Counted from the stretch's first letter, positions 16,049-26,398 are shown. The stretch: 61,849 bases of DNA from Nitrospirota bacterium (GCA_026387575.1 JAPLLK010000036.1:1-61849), one strand, 5' to 3'. Numbers and translations are program-made. The notes: generated from the sequence alone by a model not told the origin.

Positions 16049-17017
16049 CTAAGCAATCCCCTGTTTTAAAATATCATGCAGATGGATGACGCCGATTGCC
16101 TTTCCATCTGAATCGGGCACTGCAAGAGAAGTTATAGAGTGGGTTTCCATTATCGAGAGCGCTTTTACCGCAAGCTCTTCTTCGGATATTGTTTTTGGAT
16201 TTTTTGTCATAACCTCTTCCGCCTTCATATCAAAGAATTTCTTGCCCCATTTTTCTATTCCCCTACGTATATCTCCGTCAGTTAAAACACCCAAAATCTT
16301 CCTGCCGGCATCGCTGACAATCGCAACCCCGAGCCGTTTTGATGATATCTCCATAACCGCTTTTGTCATTTCGGCTTCCGGAGATACAAAAGGAAGGGCG
16401 TTTCCAGTGTGCATGAGGTCTTTGACTTTTATGAATAGTTTTTTCCCGAGATTCCCGCCGGGATGAAAGAATGCAAAATCTTCCTGCTTCAGTCCCCTCT
16501 TCACAAGAAGGGCAATGGCAATCGCATCTCCCATTGCAAGCGCTGCTGTTGTTGATGCTGTTGGCACGACGCCGAGAGGGCACGCCTCTTCCTTGACAGA
16601 CACATCAAGGTGCACATCTGCCGATTTTGCGAGGGTTGAGTTCCGGCTGCCTGTCATTGCAATTAGGCCTACATTGAATCTCTTTAAAAAGGGTATCAGC
16701 CCTGAAAGTTCCTCTGTCTCACCGCTGTTGGATATGGCGATGATTACATCATCTGATGTAACCATGCCGAGGTCTCCGTGACTTGCCTCTGCAGGATGCA
16801 TGAAAAAGGCAGGCGTGCCGGTTGAGGCGAGTGTTGCGGCAATCTTTTTGCCCACAAGCCCTGATTTGCCCATGCCTGTGACAACAACCCTGCCTTTGCT
16901 CTTGAATATAATATCTATTGCCTTTTCAAAAGTACTGTCAAGTTTTTCCGCGAGAGCAGCGACAGCATCCGCCTCGATCTTTAAAACCTTTTTTGCTATG
17001 TCAATGATATTTTCCAT
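16049..17017 (-). CDS. kdsD: arabinose-5-phosphate isomerase (KpsF/GutQ/KdsD; SIS plus two CBS domains)
   Basis: GRVVVTGMGKSGLVGKKIAATLASTGTPAFF, followed by tandem CBS domains. Adjacent to kdsA. Confidence 0.9.
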   Translation of the reverse strand: MENIIDIAKKVLKIEADAVAALAEKLDSTFEKAIDIIFKSKGRVVVTGMGKSGLVGKKIAATLASTGTPAFFMHPAEASHGDLGMVTSDDVIIAISNSGETEELSGLIPFLKRFNVGLIAMTGSRNSTLAKSADVHLDVSVKEEACPLGVVPTASTTAALAMGDAIAIALLVKRGLKQEDFAFFHPGGNLGKKLFIKVKDLMHTGNALPFVSPEAEMTKAVMEISSKRLGVAIVSDAGRKILGVLTDGDIRRGIEKWGKKFFDMKAEEVMTKNPKTISEEELAVKALSIMETHSITSLAVPDSDGKAIGVIHLHDILKQGIA

Positions 17018-17027
17018 ATGTTTGTTA

Positions 17028-17861
17028 TTATGCTCCTTTAATCACCTGATGCAGGGCTTTAATGGTTTTAAGCAGGTTCAAAACAGAATCCAGCTTTATC
17101 ATGTTCGGTCCGTCGCATAATGCCTTCTCAGGCTCGGGATGAACCTCAAAGAATAATCCGTCAACACCCACGGCAACTGCTGCCCTCGCCAACGGCTCTG
17201 CAAATTCCCTCTGGCCTCCTGATGAACTGCCCTGTCCGCCCGGAAGCTGGAGGCTGTGCGTGACATCAAAAATCACAGGATAGCCGAAGGAACGCATTAT
17301 CGGAAATGCCCTGAAATCAACGACAAGGTTGTTATATCCGAAAGATGCGCCCCTCTCTGTGAGGAATAAATTATGATTGCCCTCTGCCGTGAATTTCTCT
17401 ATTATGTTTTTAACATCCCATGGCGCAAGGAACTGGCCTTTTTTGATATTTACAGGCTTTCCTGTTTCTGCCGCCGCTGAAATAAGGTCTGTCTGCCTGC
17501 ATAGAAATGCAGGAATCTGCAATGCATCAAGAACCTCTGATGCAGGTTTCACTTCTGCAATAGAATGCACATCGGAAATAACAGGAATGTTCAATTTGCT
17601 TTTTATGTCTGAAAGTATTCTTAATCCTTTTTCAATTCCCGGGCCCCTGAAAGATTTTATTGATGTCCTATTAGCCTTGTCATAGGAGCATTTAAATACA
17701 AAGGGCAGGCCGGCGTTGCTGCATATATCCTTTAACTTTTGGGCTGTGTGAAGGGTTACATCTTCATTCTCAATAACACACGGGCCTGCAATTATCAGGG
17801 GAAGGTTGTTTCCCCCAATCTTTGCGCCTGCTATTATCACCTCTTTTGTCAGCGTAACCAT
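17028..17861 (-). CDS. kdsA: 3-deoxy-8-phosphooctulonate (KDO-8-P) synthase
   Basis: IAGPCVIE..., FKCSYDKANRTSIKSFRG, DVTHSLQLPGG. Confidence 0.92.
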   Translation of the reverse strand: MVTLTKEVIIAGAKIGGNNLPLIIAGPCVIENEDVTLHTAQKLKDICSNAGLPFVFKCSYDKANRTSIKSFRGPGIEKGLRILSDIKSKLNIPVISDVHSIAEVKPASEVLDALQIPAFLCRQTDLISAAAETGKPVNIKKGQFLAPWDVKNIIEKFTAEGNHNLFLTERGASFGYNNLVVDFRAFPIMRSFGYPVIFDVTHSLQLPGGQGSSSGGQREFAEPLARAAVAVGVDGLFFEVHPEPEKALCDGPNMIKLDSVLNLLKTIKALHQVIKGA

Positions 17862-19549
17862 TAAGAGCGTTTCCCCTCTTTATTTTTTTTCATCTCTACT
17901 TCACTCTCGTTATACTGAAACAGAGCGCGTTTTTCCCTTAAAGAAGCAGCTATAAAATCTCTGAATAACGGATGAGGATCCGTAGGTCTTGATTTAAATT
18001 CAGGATGGAATTGGCAGCCTAAAAACCAAGGATGGTCTTCCACTTCAATGATCTCCACGAGCTCTCCGTCAGGGCTTGTCCCGCTTATCTTTATCCCGTG
18101 CCGTGAGAGTATTCCTTTATATGCATTGTTGAACTCATACCTGTGCCTGTGCCTTTCTGAGATTTCCTTTATGCCGTAAGCCTTGAATGCATTTGTATTG
18201 CTTTCCATGACACAGGGATATGCTCCAAGCCTCATCGTGCCTCCCTTTTCAGAGACATCGGTCCTTTCCTCTATCTTACCCTTCCTGAAATCAAACCATC
18301 TCTCCATGAGATAAATTACAGGGTCTTTTGCATTCAGGTCAAACTCTGTGCTGTTTGCTTTAAGCCCGCATACATTCCGTGCATACTCAATCACGGCACA
18401 CTGCATCCCAAGGCATATCCCGAAATACGGTATCTTTTTCTCACGGGCATATTTTACAGCCTCAATCTTGCCTTCAATTCCCCTGTAACCAAATCCTCCG
18501 GGCACAAGAATGCCATCTGCTGCTGATAAATATTTATCTGCTCCATGGACTTCTATCTCCTCGGAGTCAATCCATTGCAGATTTACCCTTGCGTCATTCG
18601 CTATTCCGCCGTGGGTAAGGGCTTCCGTCAGGCTTTTGTACGAATCTTTAAGCCCTACGTATTTGCCGACTATTGCAATAGTTACTTCATGTTTAGGCTC
18701 TTTTAATTTTCTTACTATATCTTTCCACTGCATAAGGTCAGCGTCTTTTGCGGGGAGCTTCAGCTTATTGATAATCTGCTGGTCAAGCCCTTCTGCGCTG
18801 AGCGCCATAGGCACCTCATATATTGTATCCACATCCATTGCCGTGATAACCGCGTCGCCTTCAAGGTTACAGTGGATTGCTATCTTTTTCTTTGCCTCAG
18901 GAGTTATCGGCTTGTCTGTTCTGCATAAGAGCAGGTCAGGCTGGATACCTATTGCGCGCAGCTCCCTTACACTGTGCTGTGTGGGTTTTGTCTTAAGCTC
19001 GCCGGCTGTCTTTATATAAGGCACCAACGTAAGATGCATATAAAGAACGTTTTCCCTTCCTACGTCATAGCGCATCTGCCGTATTGCCTCTAAAAACGGA
19101 AGGCTCTCGATATCGCCGATTGTGCCGCCTATCTCAACTATGACAACATCATTATTATCGCTTACAGACTTTATGGCACGCTTTATCTCGTCAGTGAGAT
19201 GAGGCACAACCTGAACCGTGTCTCCGAGATAATCGCCGCGCCTTTCTTTTGTTATGACATTGTAATAAATCTTCCCAGTCGTATAATTATTTGCCTGGGA
19301 TGTTCTTATATGAGTGAATCTCTCATAATGCCCGAGGTCAAGGTCTGTCTCTGCGCCGTCATCTGTTACGAAGACCTCGCCGTGCTGAAACGGGCTCAGC
19401 GTGCCGGGGTCAACATTGATGTAGGGGTCAAGCTTCTGGATTGTGACTTTCAGCCCCCTTGCCTCAAGAAGAGCGCCTGTTGCAGCAGCAGCAATGCCTT
19501 TCCCCAATGACGAGACAACTCCGCCTGTTACGAAGATAAACTTAGCCAT
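17861..19549 (-). CDS. pyrG: CTP synthase
   Basis: [17 protein letters not shown] at the N-terminus. Glutamine amidotransferase FGICLGMQ...HRHRYE. Confidence 0.95.
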   Translation of the reverse strand: MAKFIFVTGGVVSSLGKGIAAAATGALLEARGLKVTIQKLDPYINVDPGTLSPFQHGEVFVTDDGAETDLDLGHYERFTHIRTSQANNYTTGKIYYNVITKERRGDYLGDTVQVVPHLTDEIKRAIKSVSDNNDVVIVEIGGTIGDIESLPFLEAIRQMRYDVGRENVLYMHLTLVPYIKTAGELKTKPTQHSVRELRAIGIQPDLLLCRTDKPITPEAKKKIAIHCNLEGDAVITAMDVDTIYEVPMALSAEGLDQQIINKLKLPAKDADLMQWKDIVRKLKEPKHEVTIAIVGKYVGLKDSYKSLTEALTHGGIANDARVNLQWIDSEEIEVHGADKYLSAADGILVPGGFGYRGIEGKIEAVKYAREKKIPYFGICLGMQCAVIEYARNVCGLKANSTEFDLNAKDPVIYLMERWFDFRKGKIEERTDVSEKGGTMRLGAYPCVMESNTNAFKAYGIKEISERHRHRYEFNNAYKGILSRHGIKISGTSPDGELVEIIEVEDHPWFLGCQFHPEFKSRPTDPHPLFRDFIAASLREKRALFQYNESEVEMKKNKEGKRS

Positions 19550-20319
19550 TTTTTCACCCTCTCTAAGTCCTGCGGGGTATCAACACCCACAGTTTCATAA
19601 GTTGTTTCTTTTATCTTTATGCGGAATCCGTTCACGAGCGCCCGAAGTTGTTCAAGTTTCTCTGTCTTCTCTAATTCCACGGGTTCCATTTTTGCAAGAT
19701 TTAAAAGCACATCGCGCCTGTAACTGTAAATGCCGAGATGCTTATATATCAATAGTTCAGAAGTCTGAATATCTGATGCATGATACATGATGCACGATGC
19801 ACGATTGTCTTCATCCTGTATCCTGAACTTGTCTCTATCAAACGGTATCGGCGCCCTTGAAAAATACATTGCAAACCCTTCTTTATCAAAAACAGCCTTA
19901 ACAACATTGGGGTCAAATACTTCTTCAGGGTCTTCTATTTTTTTTGTCAGGGTTCCCATTGCCGCTCTCTTGTCGTCAAGCAGCCTGATAACATCGTCTA
20001 TCATCTCGGCTCTGATGAGAGGTTCATCTCCCTGAACATTGACAATTATATCATAATCCAAAGCAGCTGCTACTTCTGCTATCCTGTCTGTGCCTGATGC
20101 ATGCTCTTTTGAAGTCATTACAGCCTTGCCGCCGAATTCAACAACAGTTTTGAATATGGCTTCGCTGTCTGTTGCAACAATGACCTCTTCTGCAAGCTTT
20201 GATTTCTTTGAATTCTCATACACATGCCGGATTAAAGGTTTGCCATTTAGGGGTGCAAGGGGCTTCCCCGGAAAACGGGTTGACTCGTAACGGGCAGGGA
20301 TAATAACAATCGCTGTCAT
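19528..20319 (-). CDS. kdsB: 3-deoxy-manno-octulosonate cytidylyltransferase (CMP-KDO synthetase)
   Basis: [34 protein letters not shown]. Carries a repeat-encoded insert of about 14 aa (see 19774..19808). Confidence 0.9.
   Translation of the reverse strand: MTAIVIIPARYESTRFPGKPLAPLNGKPLIRHVYENSKKSKLAEEVIVATDSEAIFKTVVEFGGKAVMTSKEHASGTDRIAEVAAALDYDIIVNVQGDEPLIRAEMIDDVIRLLDDKRAAMGTLTKKIEDPEEVFDPNVVKAVFDKEGFAMYFSRAPIPFDRDKFRIQDEDNRASCIMYHASDIQTSELLIYKHLGIYSYRRDVLLNLAKMEPVELEKTEKLEQLRALVNGFRIKIKETTYETVGVDTPQDLERVKKWLSLSS
19774..19808. repeat. heptanucleotide tandem repeat (TGATGCA TGATACA TGATGCA CGATGCA CGATTGT)
   Basis: Read directly. On the coding (minus) strand it encodes ..[14 protein letters not shown].., a segment between the conserved PFDRD and HLGIY blocks of KdsB. 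Confidence 0.8.
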
Positions 20320-20480
20320 GCGCTTGGATAATTATAAATGATTTGGGAGAAAATTTAAATGAAAAAACCGCCCTTTCTGTGCTATATTGTCGTTAATTAT
20401 CGGAAAAAGCGAATTCGGATATTAACAAGTTCGGCGGATCATGACCCAATCCGCTATAACCGCAGGGGAAACCAATCAAT

Positions 20481-21203
20481 ATGGGGAAAATGCTCAAAAG
20501 CCTCGAAGCGTATTATCAGCATAACGGCATATCTCCTATGGATTTTTGTTGCCGACATTGGCAGGCATGTAGTGAAGGCAACCAAAGAATAACACAAGCC
20601 AAGGGTGCCTTTGTTGGAACAGATTATGAAAAAGGCGTACTCCCTCGTTTGTTGTTTCTTTCTCTTGACCCTGGCAGTAGCAACAAAGAGCCCGAGCGGA
20701 GAACTGTGGAGGGTGTCAGGTTAGAAGAACACGAATGCAAAGTTGCTGATCTACCGAAACAAAGGCATTGGTATCGTACGCACGAGTTGGCGCTGATCCT
20801 ATTGGAAAAATTTCGGCCCGATATGAGAATAGAAAATTCACATTTATACTTCGCTCATGTAAATAGCGTCAAGTGTTCTATGAATAACAGCAACCACAAG
20901 CAGGCAAGGCGCATGCTTTTCGAGAAGTGCCGAGAATATATCGGCGGTGAGATTACTATTTTGAAACCTGACATTCTGGTAACTCAAGGCCAATTTGCAA
21001 AAGTGGCGGTCGAGAAAGAATTCAAGATTTTGCCAGGATCGGAGGATAATCAAGTTTCCTCGTATAAATGGGTTCACATCGGAGGCAAACAAACCCTTTG
21101 GTTTCACACCTATCATCCTCGTAACTTCGGAAAGTTCAATCAGCAAAGACGTGAGTTCTTCAAGAATTGGGCTGAGTATGTCTACAGAGTTTTCCAGAGA
21201 TGA
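20481..21203 (+). CDS. divergent uracil-DNA-glycosylase-superfamily protein (family-4/5-like layout), orphan gene
   Basis: Order and spacing of blocks match UDG family 4: LLFLSLDPG (cf. IVGEGPG), LYFAHVNSVKCS...EKCREYIGGEITILKPDILVTQGQFA (cf. vYiTNivKCrP...C..L..qi..i.P.iiv.LG..A), and FHTYHPRNFG (cf. mfHPa). Cys residues in FCCRHWQAC. Confidence 0.5.
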   Translation: MGKMLKSLEAYYQHNGISPMDFCCRHWQACSEGNQRITQAKGAFVGTDYEKGVLPRLLFLSLDPGSSNKEPERRTVEGVRLEEHECKVADLPKQRHWYRTHELALILLEKFRPDMRIENSHLYFAHVNSVKCSMNNSNHKQARRMLFEKCREYIGGEITILKPDILVTQGQFAKVAVEKEFKILPGSEDNQVSSYKWVHIGGKQTLWFHTYHPRNFGKFNQQRREFFKNWAEYVYRVFQR

Positions 21204-21220
21204 ACAGGTGCCGAATCACC

Positions 21221-21261
21221 GCATTAACGTGGACGCGTAAACATATCCGCGCCAGTTATGC
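21221..21261 (+). repeat. attC-like bulged hairpin (GCATTAACGTGGACGCG - N10 - CGCGCCAGTTATGC)
   Basis: 14 bp of pairing, with three single-nucleotide bulges all on the 5' arm. The 5' arm contains ..TTAAC and the 3' arm contains GTTATGC (one mismatch to GTTRRRY). A second GTTAGCC lies at 21267..21273. Starts 18 nt after the stop of the UDG-like gene. Confidence 0.3.
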
Positions 21262-21308
21262 GAGACGTTAGCCTTATAGCCCCAAAGTAACATAAACAAA
21301 TCCCTTCT

Positions 21309-23228
21309 ATGCTAAAATCCATCATGGAATTTGTTGATGTCCTTTTCCCGATTAATCTTGGCCCGCTTACTTATAAATGTCCCACTCACCTTACCAGCAG
21401 GGCTTTGCCGGGCATGCTTGTTTCAGCGCCTCTAAAGACCCAGATAACAAAAGGAATCATTCTGGGGAAGCCATCAAATCCTGAGGCTAAAGGTATAAAA
21501 ACAATAAGCGATATCCACGGCGAATCGCCTCTGCTTGAACCGCCATTGTTGAAACTCCTTAACTGGATGGCTGATTATTACATCATCGCAAATAAAGGAC
21601 TTGTTCTTAAGAACATGCTGCCGCAGGAGACATTCAAAAAAGTAAAAGCGCGGAGCAAAGGGAAAACCGAAGAAGACAAGGAGAGTAATGAGATAGTTGA
21701 GATAGATGAAAACATCTTATCCAAAATAAAAGAATCGCTTTCTAAAAGAGAATATAAAACCTTTCTTGTTCATGCCCCAAGTCCTTTATACGAAAGCGCA
21801 ATGATTACAAAAATTCTGCCGCAGGGCAAAAGCGCGATAATTCTCGTGCCTGAAATCGTACACATAAGCCATACCCTTCCTTTTATCAAAGAAATAGCAG
21901 GGGAGAGGTTATGCGTGCTGCACAGCGGGTTAAGCAAGGGGCAGCGCTCAGAGGCTATGGAAAAAATCATTTCAGGGCAGTGCAATGTAGTGCTTGGCAC
22001 GAGGATGGCAGTGTTTGCGCCTCTGAAAAATGTATCACTGATTTCGGTTATGCATGAGCACAACAGTTCATACAGGACAGAAGAAGGGCTGAGATTCAAT
22101 GCAAGGGATATCGCTGTCATGAGGGGCTATATTGAAAAATCTGCGGTAGTATTGTCATCAATCTGCCCTTCAATAGAATCCGTTTATAATTCAAAACGAA
22201 ATAAATACACACTTATAAGGCCTGACGTATATTCCCAGCGCCCAAAGATAAGAATACTTAACATGAGGAATGAACGCCAGCCGGCCCCTAATCTTTCAAA
22301 GACAGTTATAAATGAAGCGCTGTCGTCTATCAGGAAGAACGAGAAGATAATGTTTGTGATAAACAGGAAAGGCTATTCCATGCTCACATGCAAGGAATGC
22401 GGCAGCACCGAGACATGCGGCAAGTGCAGCATTCCGCTTATGTTCTATAAGGGTGATAAGTCTCTGAGATGCCACTACTGCGGGGCGATAGCCGGTTCTC
22501 CTGAGAAGTGCAGAAGATGCGGAAGCTTCTCTCTTGAACCAACAGGCTCCGGCATAGAGCGGATGGAAGAAAATATTAAAAAAGTGTTCGATATCGAGCC
22601 GCTGAGGATTGACAGCAACATGCTTAAGAGAAAACGCATTCCTGAAGACCTCTCTGATATAACAGAGGGCAAATCCATAATACTCGGGACAAAGCTTCTT
22701 ACAAAAAGGCTGCACAGTTCAGAAAAATTAGGAATGGCGGCAGTGCTGAATGCTGACAGCTATCTGAATCAGCCTGACTTCCGCTCTGCTGAAAGGACAT
22801 TCCATGAGATGTACGGCATTACCGACAAGATAAAACCCGGAGGTTCGCTTTTCATTCAGACAAGGATGCCGCAGAATTATACCTTCAGGCATCTCAAAAA
22901 CCATGACTATGCTTCCTTCTGCGATGAAGAATTAGAAAAGAGAAAAGAAATGTTATATCCTCCATTTTCAAAGCTGGCATTAATAACTTTTAATGGCAGA
23001 GATTGCGATGCAGTCAGGACAGAAAAGGCAATCAGGGAGATACTTTCAGGCAATAAGGCTTTAGAGGTTCTTGGTCCTTCAGTCACGCCCACTAAAAAGG
23101 GAGAAAAGGAATATTCCCTGCTTTTTAAGGCTGCGTCAAAGAAGAATTTGCATTTTTCTGTAAAGAGATTTCTGGAGCTTCTCGGCAGCTACAAATGTTT
23201 GAATGTAAAAGTTGCGATTGACCCTTAG
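21309..23228 (+). CDS. priA: primosomal protein N' (PriA) homologue with degenerate helicase motifs
   Basis: Collinear with PriA: VPEI..., LHSGLS..QR, GTRMAVFAP, NARD, Cys-rich zinc region CKECGSTETCGKCSIPLMFYKGDKSLRCHYCG...CRRCGS, DFRSAERTF, LYPPFS. Walker A, Walker B and motifs III and VI are not conserved (see findings). The start could instead be the ATG at 21324. Confidence 0.8.
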   Translation: MLKSIMEFVDVLFPINLGPLTYKCPTHLTSRALPGMLVSAPLKTQITKGIILGKPSNPEAKGIKTISDIHGESPLLEPPLLKLLNWMADYYIIANKGLVLKNMLPQETFKKVKARSKGKTEEDKESNEIVEIDENILSKIKESLSKREYKTFLVHAPSPLYESAMITKILPQGKSAIILVPEIVHISHTLPFIKEIAGERLCVLHSGLSKGQRSEAMEKIISGQCNVVLGTRMAVFAPLKNVSLISVMHEHNSSYRTEEGLRFNARDIAVMRGYIEKSAVVLSSICPSIESVYNSKRNKYTLIRPDVYSQRPKIRILNMRNERQPAPNLSKTVINEALSSIRKNEKIMFVINRKGYSMLTCKECGSTETCGKCSIPLMFYKGDKSLRCHYCGAIAGSPEKCRRCGSFSLEPTGSGIERMEENIKKVFDIEPLRIDSNMLKRKRIPEDLSDITEGKSIILGTKLLTKRLHSSEKLGMAAVLNADSYLNQPDFRSAERTFHEMYGITDKIKPGGSLFIQTRMPQNYTFRHLKNHDYASFCDEELEKRKEMLYPPFSKLALITFNGRDCDAVRTEKAIREILSGNKALEVLGPSVTPTKKGEKEYSLLFKAASKKNLHFSVKRFLELLGSYKCLNVKVAIDP

Positions 23229-23309
23229 CCTGCTTTATTCATAAATTTCTCGAATGCAGACAGGACATAGGTTTATGAATTATCAGGGTTAGTCTGTTTG
23301 ACAGTGATT

Positions 23310-23915
23310 TTAAGTGTATGCCGATTTGTCGCCTATATCGTAATGTATCGGCATGAAGACTTTTCTGAATGTGAAGAATAGAAGCATGAACGCTATTAGA
23401 AGAAGGCCGTAGGCTGTCCCTTCAAAACTGAGCATCCGCACAGAGAAAAGCAAAAGATAGAAAGGCATTATGAGCGCAAGGAGATAGCCTTCCGTTAACT
23501 TGAAACAGAACGCCTCTTTTGCAGTTATAAAACCAAGGCAGAGCGACAGCGGAATAAGAAGCAATGTGCCGTACGGCTTGCCGGCAACAACTCCAAGCAC
23601 ACTTCCCTTTCCAACAATAAGCAGGATTGCCAAAGAAGCAACAGATATGTAATAGATTTTTTTTAATATTCTTTTGAACTTGCCTATATAAAGGTGTATG
23701 GAAAATACGCTCATCCCTACAGATATGTAAAGCGAGAAAAGCAGGATGTTGAATTTAAGGCTGAGTGAACTGTCAGCGGGATGTTTTAAAGAGTTGAGCA
23801 TCATGTATGCGGCAAGAGAGATGATTACTGCTGACAGAACAATCCCGATCCTATAAATCACAACCGTAACCTTGTCTTCTTTTGTCAGAGGCTGGAATAT
23901 CTGCTGTTCACCCAT
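23310..23915 (-). CDS. integral membrane protein of unknown function (5-6 TM helices)
   Basis: 201-aa hydrophobic ORF with no antisense competitor of comparable quality. No catalytic motif recognised. Confidence 0.6.
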   Translation of the reverse strand: MGEQQIFQPLTKEDKVTVVIYRIGIVLSAVIISLAAYMMLNSLKHPADSSLSLKFNILLFSLYISVGMSVFSIHLYIGKFKRILKKIYYISVASLAILLIVGKGSVLGVVAGKPYGTLLLIPLSLCLGFITAKEAFCFKLTEGYLLALIMPFYLLLFSVRMLSFEGTAYGLLLIAFMLLFFTFRKVFMPIHYDIGDKSAYT

Positions 23916-24011
23916 GGATTTATGATAGCAGATTGCTCAAATAATTTTGTTAAGGTGTGCCTAACCGTATCTTCATCGGCGGTTTTCCACGACATAGATA
24001 GCTTCAATCAT

Positions 24012-25799
24012 TCACTTCACCTTCAACACCGCCAGAAACGCCTCCTGCGGAAGTTCTATTCTCCCGATCTGCTTCATCCTCTTCTTCCCAGCTTTCTGCT
24101 TCTCAAGAAGCTTTCTCTTACGGGTTATATCACCGCCATAGCACTTTGCAAGAACATCTTTCCTAAGCGCCCTTACACTCTCACGCGCTATAATCTTGCT
24201 TCCTATTGCTGCCTGTATCACAACCTCATACATCTGCCTCGGTATAATCCCCCTCAGCTTTTCACTCAGCTCCCTGCCTTTATAATATGACTTTTCCTTA
24301 TGCACTATCAGAGAGAGGGCATCAACAATCTCGCCGTTAATGAGGATGTTAAGCTTAACAAGGTCTGATTCCCTGAAGCCGAGGAATTCGTAGTCCATTG
24401 ATGCATAACCTTTTGAGATTGATTTTAACCTGTCGTAAAAATCCCATAAAATCTCATTAAGCGGCAGTTCATACTCAACCTTAATCTTATCTTTCCCTAT
24501 AAATATGAAATTCTTCTGTATCCCTCTTTTTTCCTGACAAAGGTCAAGAATAGGCCCTATGAAATCCTTTGGCACGAATATGGTCACAAGGACAAAAGGC
24601 TCCTCTATCATCTCGTACTCGTCAGGCAGCAAAGCAGGGTTTTCAATATGAATAACCTCTCCGTCGCTTTTTGTCACCCTGTAAACAACTGTCGGAGCTG
24701 TGCTTAAGAGTGAAAGGTCAAACTCACGCTCAAGCCTTTCTTTTATTATTTCCATGTGAAGAAGTCCGAGAAAACCGCACCTGAACCCGAACCCGAGCGC
24801 AAGCGAAGTCTCCGGCTCGTAATTGAAGGACGAGTCATTTAATCTCAGTTTATTAAGCGCATCTCTCAGGTTATCGTATTCGTGAGGTATTGTCGGATAA
24901 AGCCCGCAGAAGACCAGCGGCTTTATGTCCTTATATCCGGGACACGGCTCCTGTGCCGGAGTATCCACATCAGTCATCGTGTCTCCGATCCTTGAGTCTG
25001 TTACGTTCTTTATCCCTGCAATTACATAGCCGACCTCACCGGAGGAAAGTTCTTCTGAGGGCTGCATCTTTGGACTGAAAATCCCCACCTGCGCCACCTC
25101 AAATTCATTCCCTGTCGCCATAAGTTTTATTTTTTTACCTGCTCTTACTGTTCCGTCAAATACCCTCACAAGCACGATTACTCCCTGATAATTGTCAAAC
25201 CATGAATCAAAGATTAACGCCTTGAGCGGTTTATCGTCTTCGCCTTTGGGCGGAGGAATTTTTTTCACTATCGCCTCAAGAATCTCTTTTGTGCCTATGC
25301 CTTCTTTAGCACTTGCGAGTATTGCTTCGGAACAGTCAAGCCCGATTGCATCTTCTATCTGCTCCTTTGTTTTTTCTGGCTCTGCCGCCGGCAGGTCTAT
25401 TTTATTTATAACCGGAATCATTTCAAGGTCATGCTCCACTGCAAGATATGCGTTGGCAAGGGTCTGCGCCTCAACTCCCTGCGATGCGTCAACAACGAGA
25501 AGCGCGCCCTCGCACGAGGCAAGGCTCCTTGACACCTCGTATGAAAAATCGACATGCCCCGGTGTGTCTATGAGATTGAGAATGTATTCCTTTCCGTCAT
25601 CAGCCTTATACAAAAGCCTTACTGAATGCGCCTTAATTGTAATGCCTCTTTCGCGTTCAAGGTCCATTGAATCAAGAACCTGCTCAGTCATCTCCCTTGC
25701 GCTGAGCGCACCTGTAGATTCAAGAAGCCTGTCGGCAAGAGTCGACTTCCCATGGTCTATATGAGCTATGATGGAAAAATTACGTATATTTTTTGGCAT
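24012..25799 (-). CDS. lepA: translation elongation factor 4
   Basis: [34 protein letters not shown]-terminal LepA domain ending ...[23 protein letters not shown]. Confidence 0.95.
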   Translation of the reverse strand: MPKNIRNFSIIAHIDHGKSTLADRLLESTGALSAREMTEQVLDSMDLERERGITIKAHSVRLLYKADDGKEYILNLIDTPGHVDFSYEVSRSLASCEGALLVVDASQGVEAQTLANAYLAVEHDLEMIPVINKIDLPAAEPEKTKEQIEDAIGLDCSEAILASAKEGIGTKEILEAIVKKIPPPKGEDDKPLKALIFDSWFDNYQGVIVLVRVFDGTVRAGKKIKLMATGNEFEVAQVGIFSPKMQPSEELSSGEVGYVIAGIKNVTDSRIGDTMTDVDTPAQEPCPGYKDIKPLVFCGLYPTIPHEYDNLRDALNKLRLNDSSFNYEPETSLALGFGFRCGFLGLLHMEIIKERLEREFDLSLLSTAPTVVYRVTKSDGEVIHIENPALLPDEYEMIEEPFVLVTIFVPKDFIGPILDLCQEKRGIQKNFIFIGKDKIKVEYELPLNEILWDFYDRLKSISKGYASMDYEFLGFRESDLVKLNILINGEIVDALSLIVHKEKSYYKGRELSEKLRGIIPRQMYEVVIQAAIGSKIIARESVRALRKDVLAKCYGGDITRKRKLLEKQKAGKKRMKQIGRIELPQEAFLAVLKVK

Positions 25800-25896
25800 A
25801 GTCCATCCGGGGATTAATCTGGAATTGTTTATTTTATCACAAAATGCGCATAAAGGAACGCCGAGGGGAACTTTTGCTGTGAAAGGGCAAACCGTC

Positions 25897-25926
25897 TTGA
25901 CAAAAAGATTCGGGATAATTTATAGT
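25897..25926 (+). promoter_or_regulatory. sigma-70-type promoter upstream of nikR (TTGACA-18-TATAGT)
   Basis: TTGACA at 25897..25902 and TATAGT at 25921..25926. Lies about 27 nt upstream of the GTG start at 25953. Confidence 0.45.
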
Positions 25927-25952
25927 AGCACAATTAGTAAAAAGGTAACACT

Positions 25953-26369
25953 GTGGCGATTGTTAGATTTGGCATATCGATTGAAAATCCGCTGCTTGAA
26001 AGATTCGACAGCCTTATCAAAAAGAAAGGCTATGCGAGCCGAAGCGAAGCAGTCAGGGACCTTATCAGGGACAGCCTTGTCATGGAGGAATGGGAATCGG
26101 CTACCGCAGAGACTGTCGGAACAATAACCATCGTCTATTCTCATGACACAAGGGAGCTTACGGACACTCTTACAGATCTTCAACACCGGGATTTTGATTC
26201 CATCGTATCTTCCATGCACATACATCTGGACGCACACAACTGCCTTGAGGTCATAGTGGTTAAAGGCAAGGCGAAGGACATAAAGGCAATCGCTGACAGG
26301 TTGATTGGCATTAAAGGCGTGAAACACGGCAAGCTCTCTCTTACTACGACAGGGAAGCATCTGAAATAA
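25953..26369 (+). CDS. nikR: nickel-responsive transcriptional regulator NikR (ribbon-helix-helix plus ACT-like metal-binding domain)
   Basis: [36 protein letters not shown], followed by ...[20 protein letters not shown] start. Confidence 0.85.
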   Translation: MAIVRFGISIENPLLERFDSLIKKKGYASRSEAVRDLIRDSLVMEEWESATAETVGTITIVYSHDTRELTDTLTDLQHRDFDSIVSSMHIHLDAHNCLEVIVVKGKAKDIKAIADRLIGIKGVKHGKLSLTTTGKHLK

Positions 26370-26398
26370 TTTTTATTTCTATGCAGCAGAGGGTTTAA

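Noticed and set aside
20359-20592. Plus-strand ORF (77 aa) upstream of and overlapping the UDG-like gene.
   Set aside because: It is in a different frame and overlaps the better-supported 20481 start. It has no motif and an Arg/Ile-rich composition.
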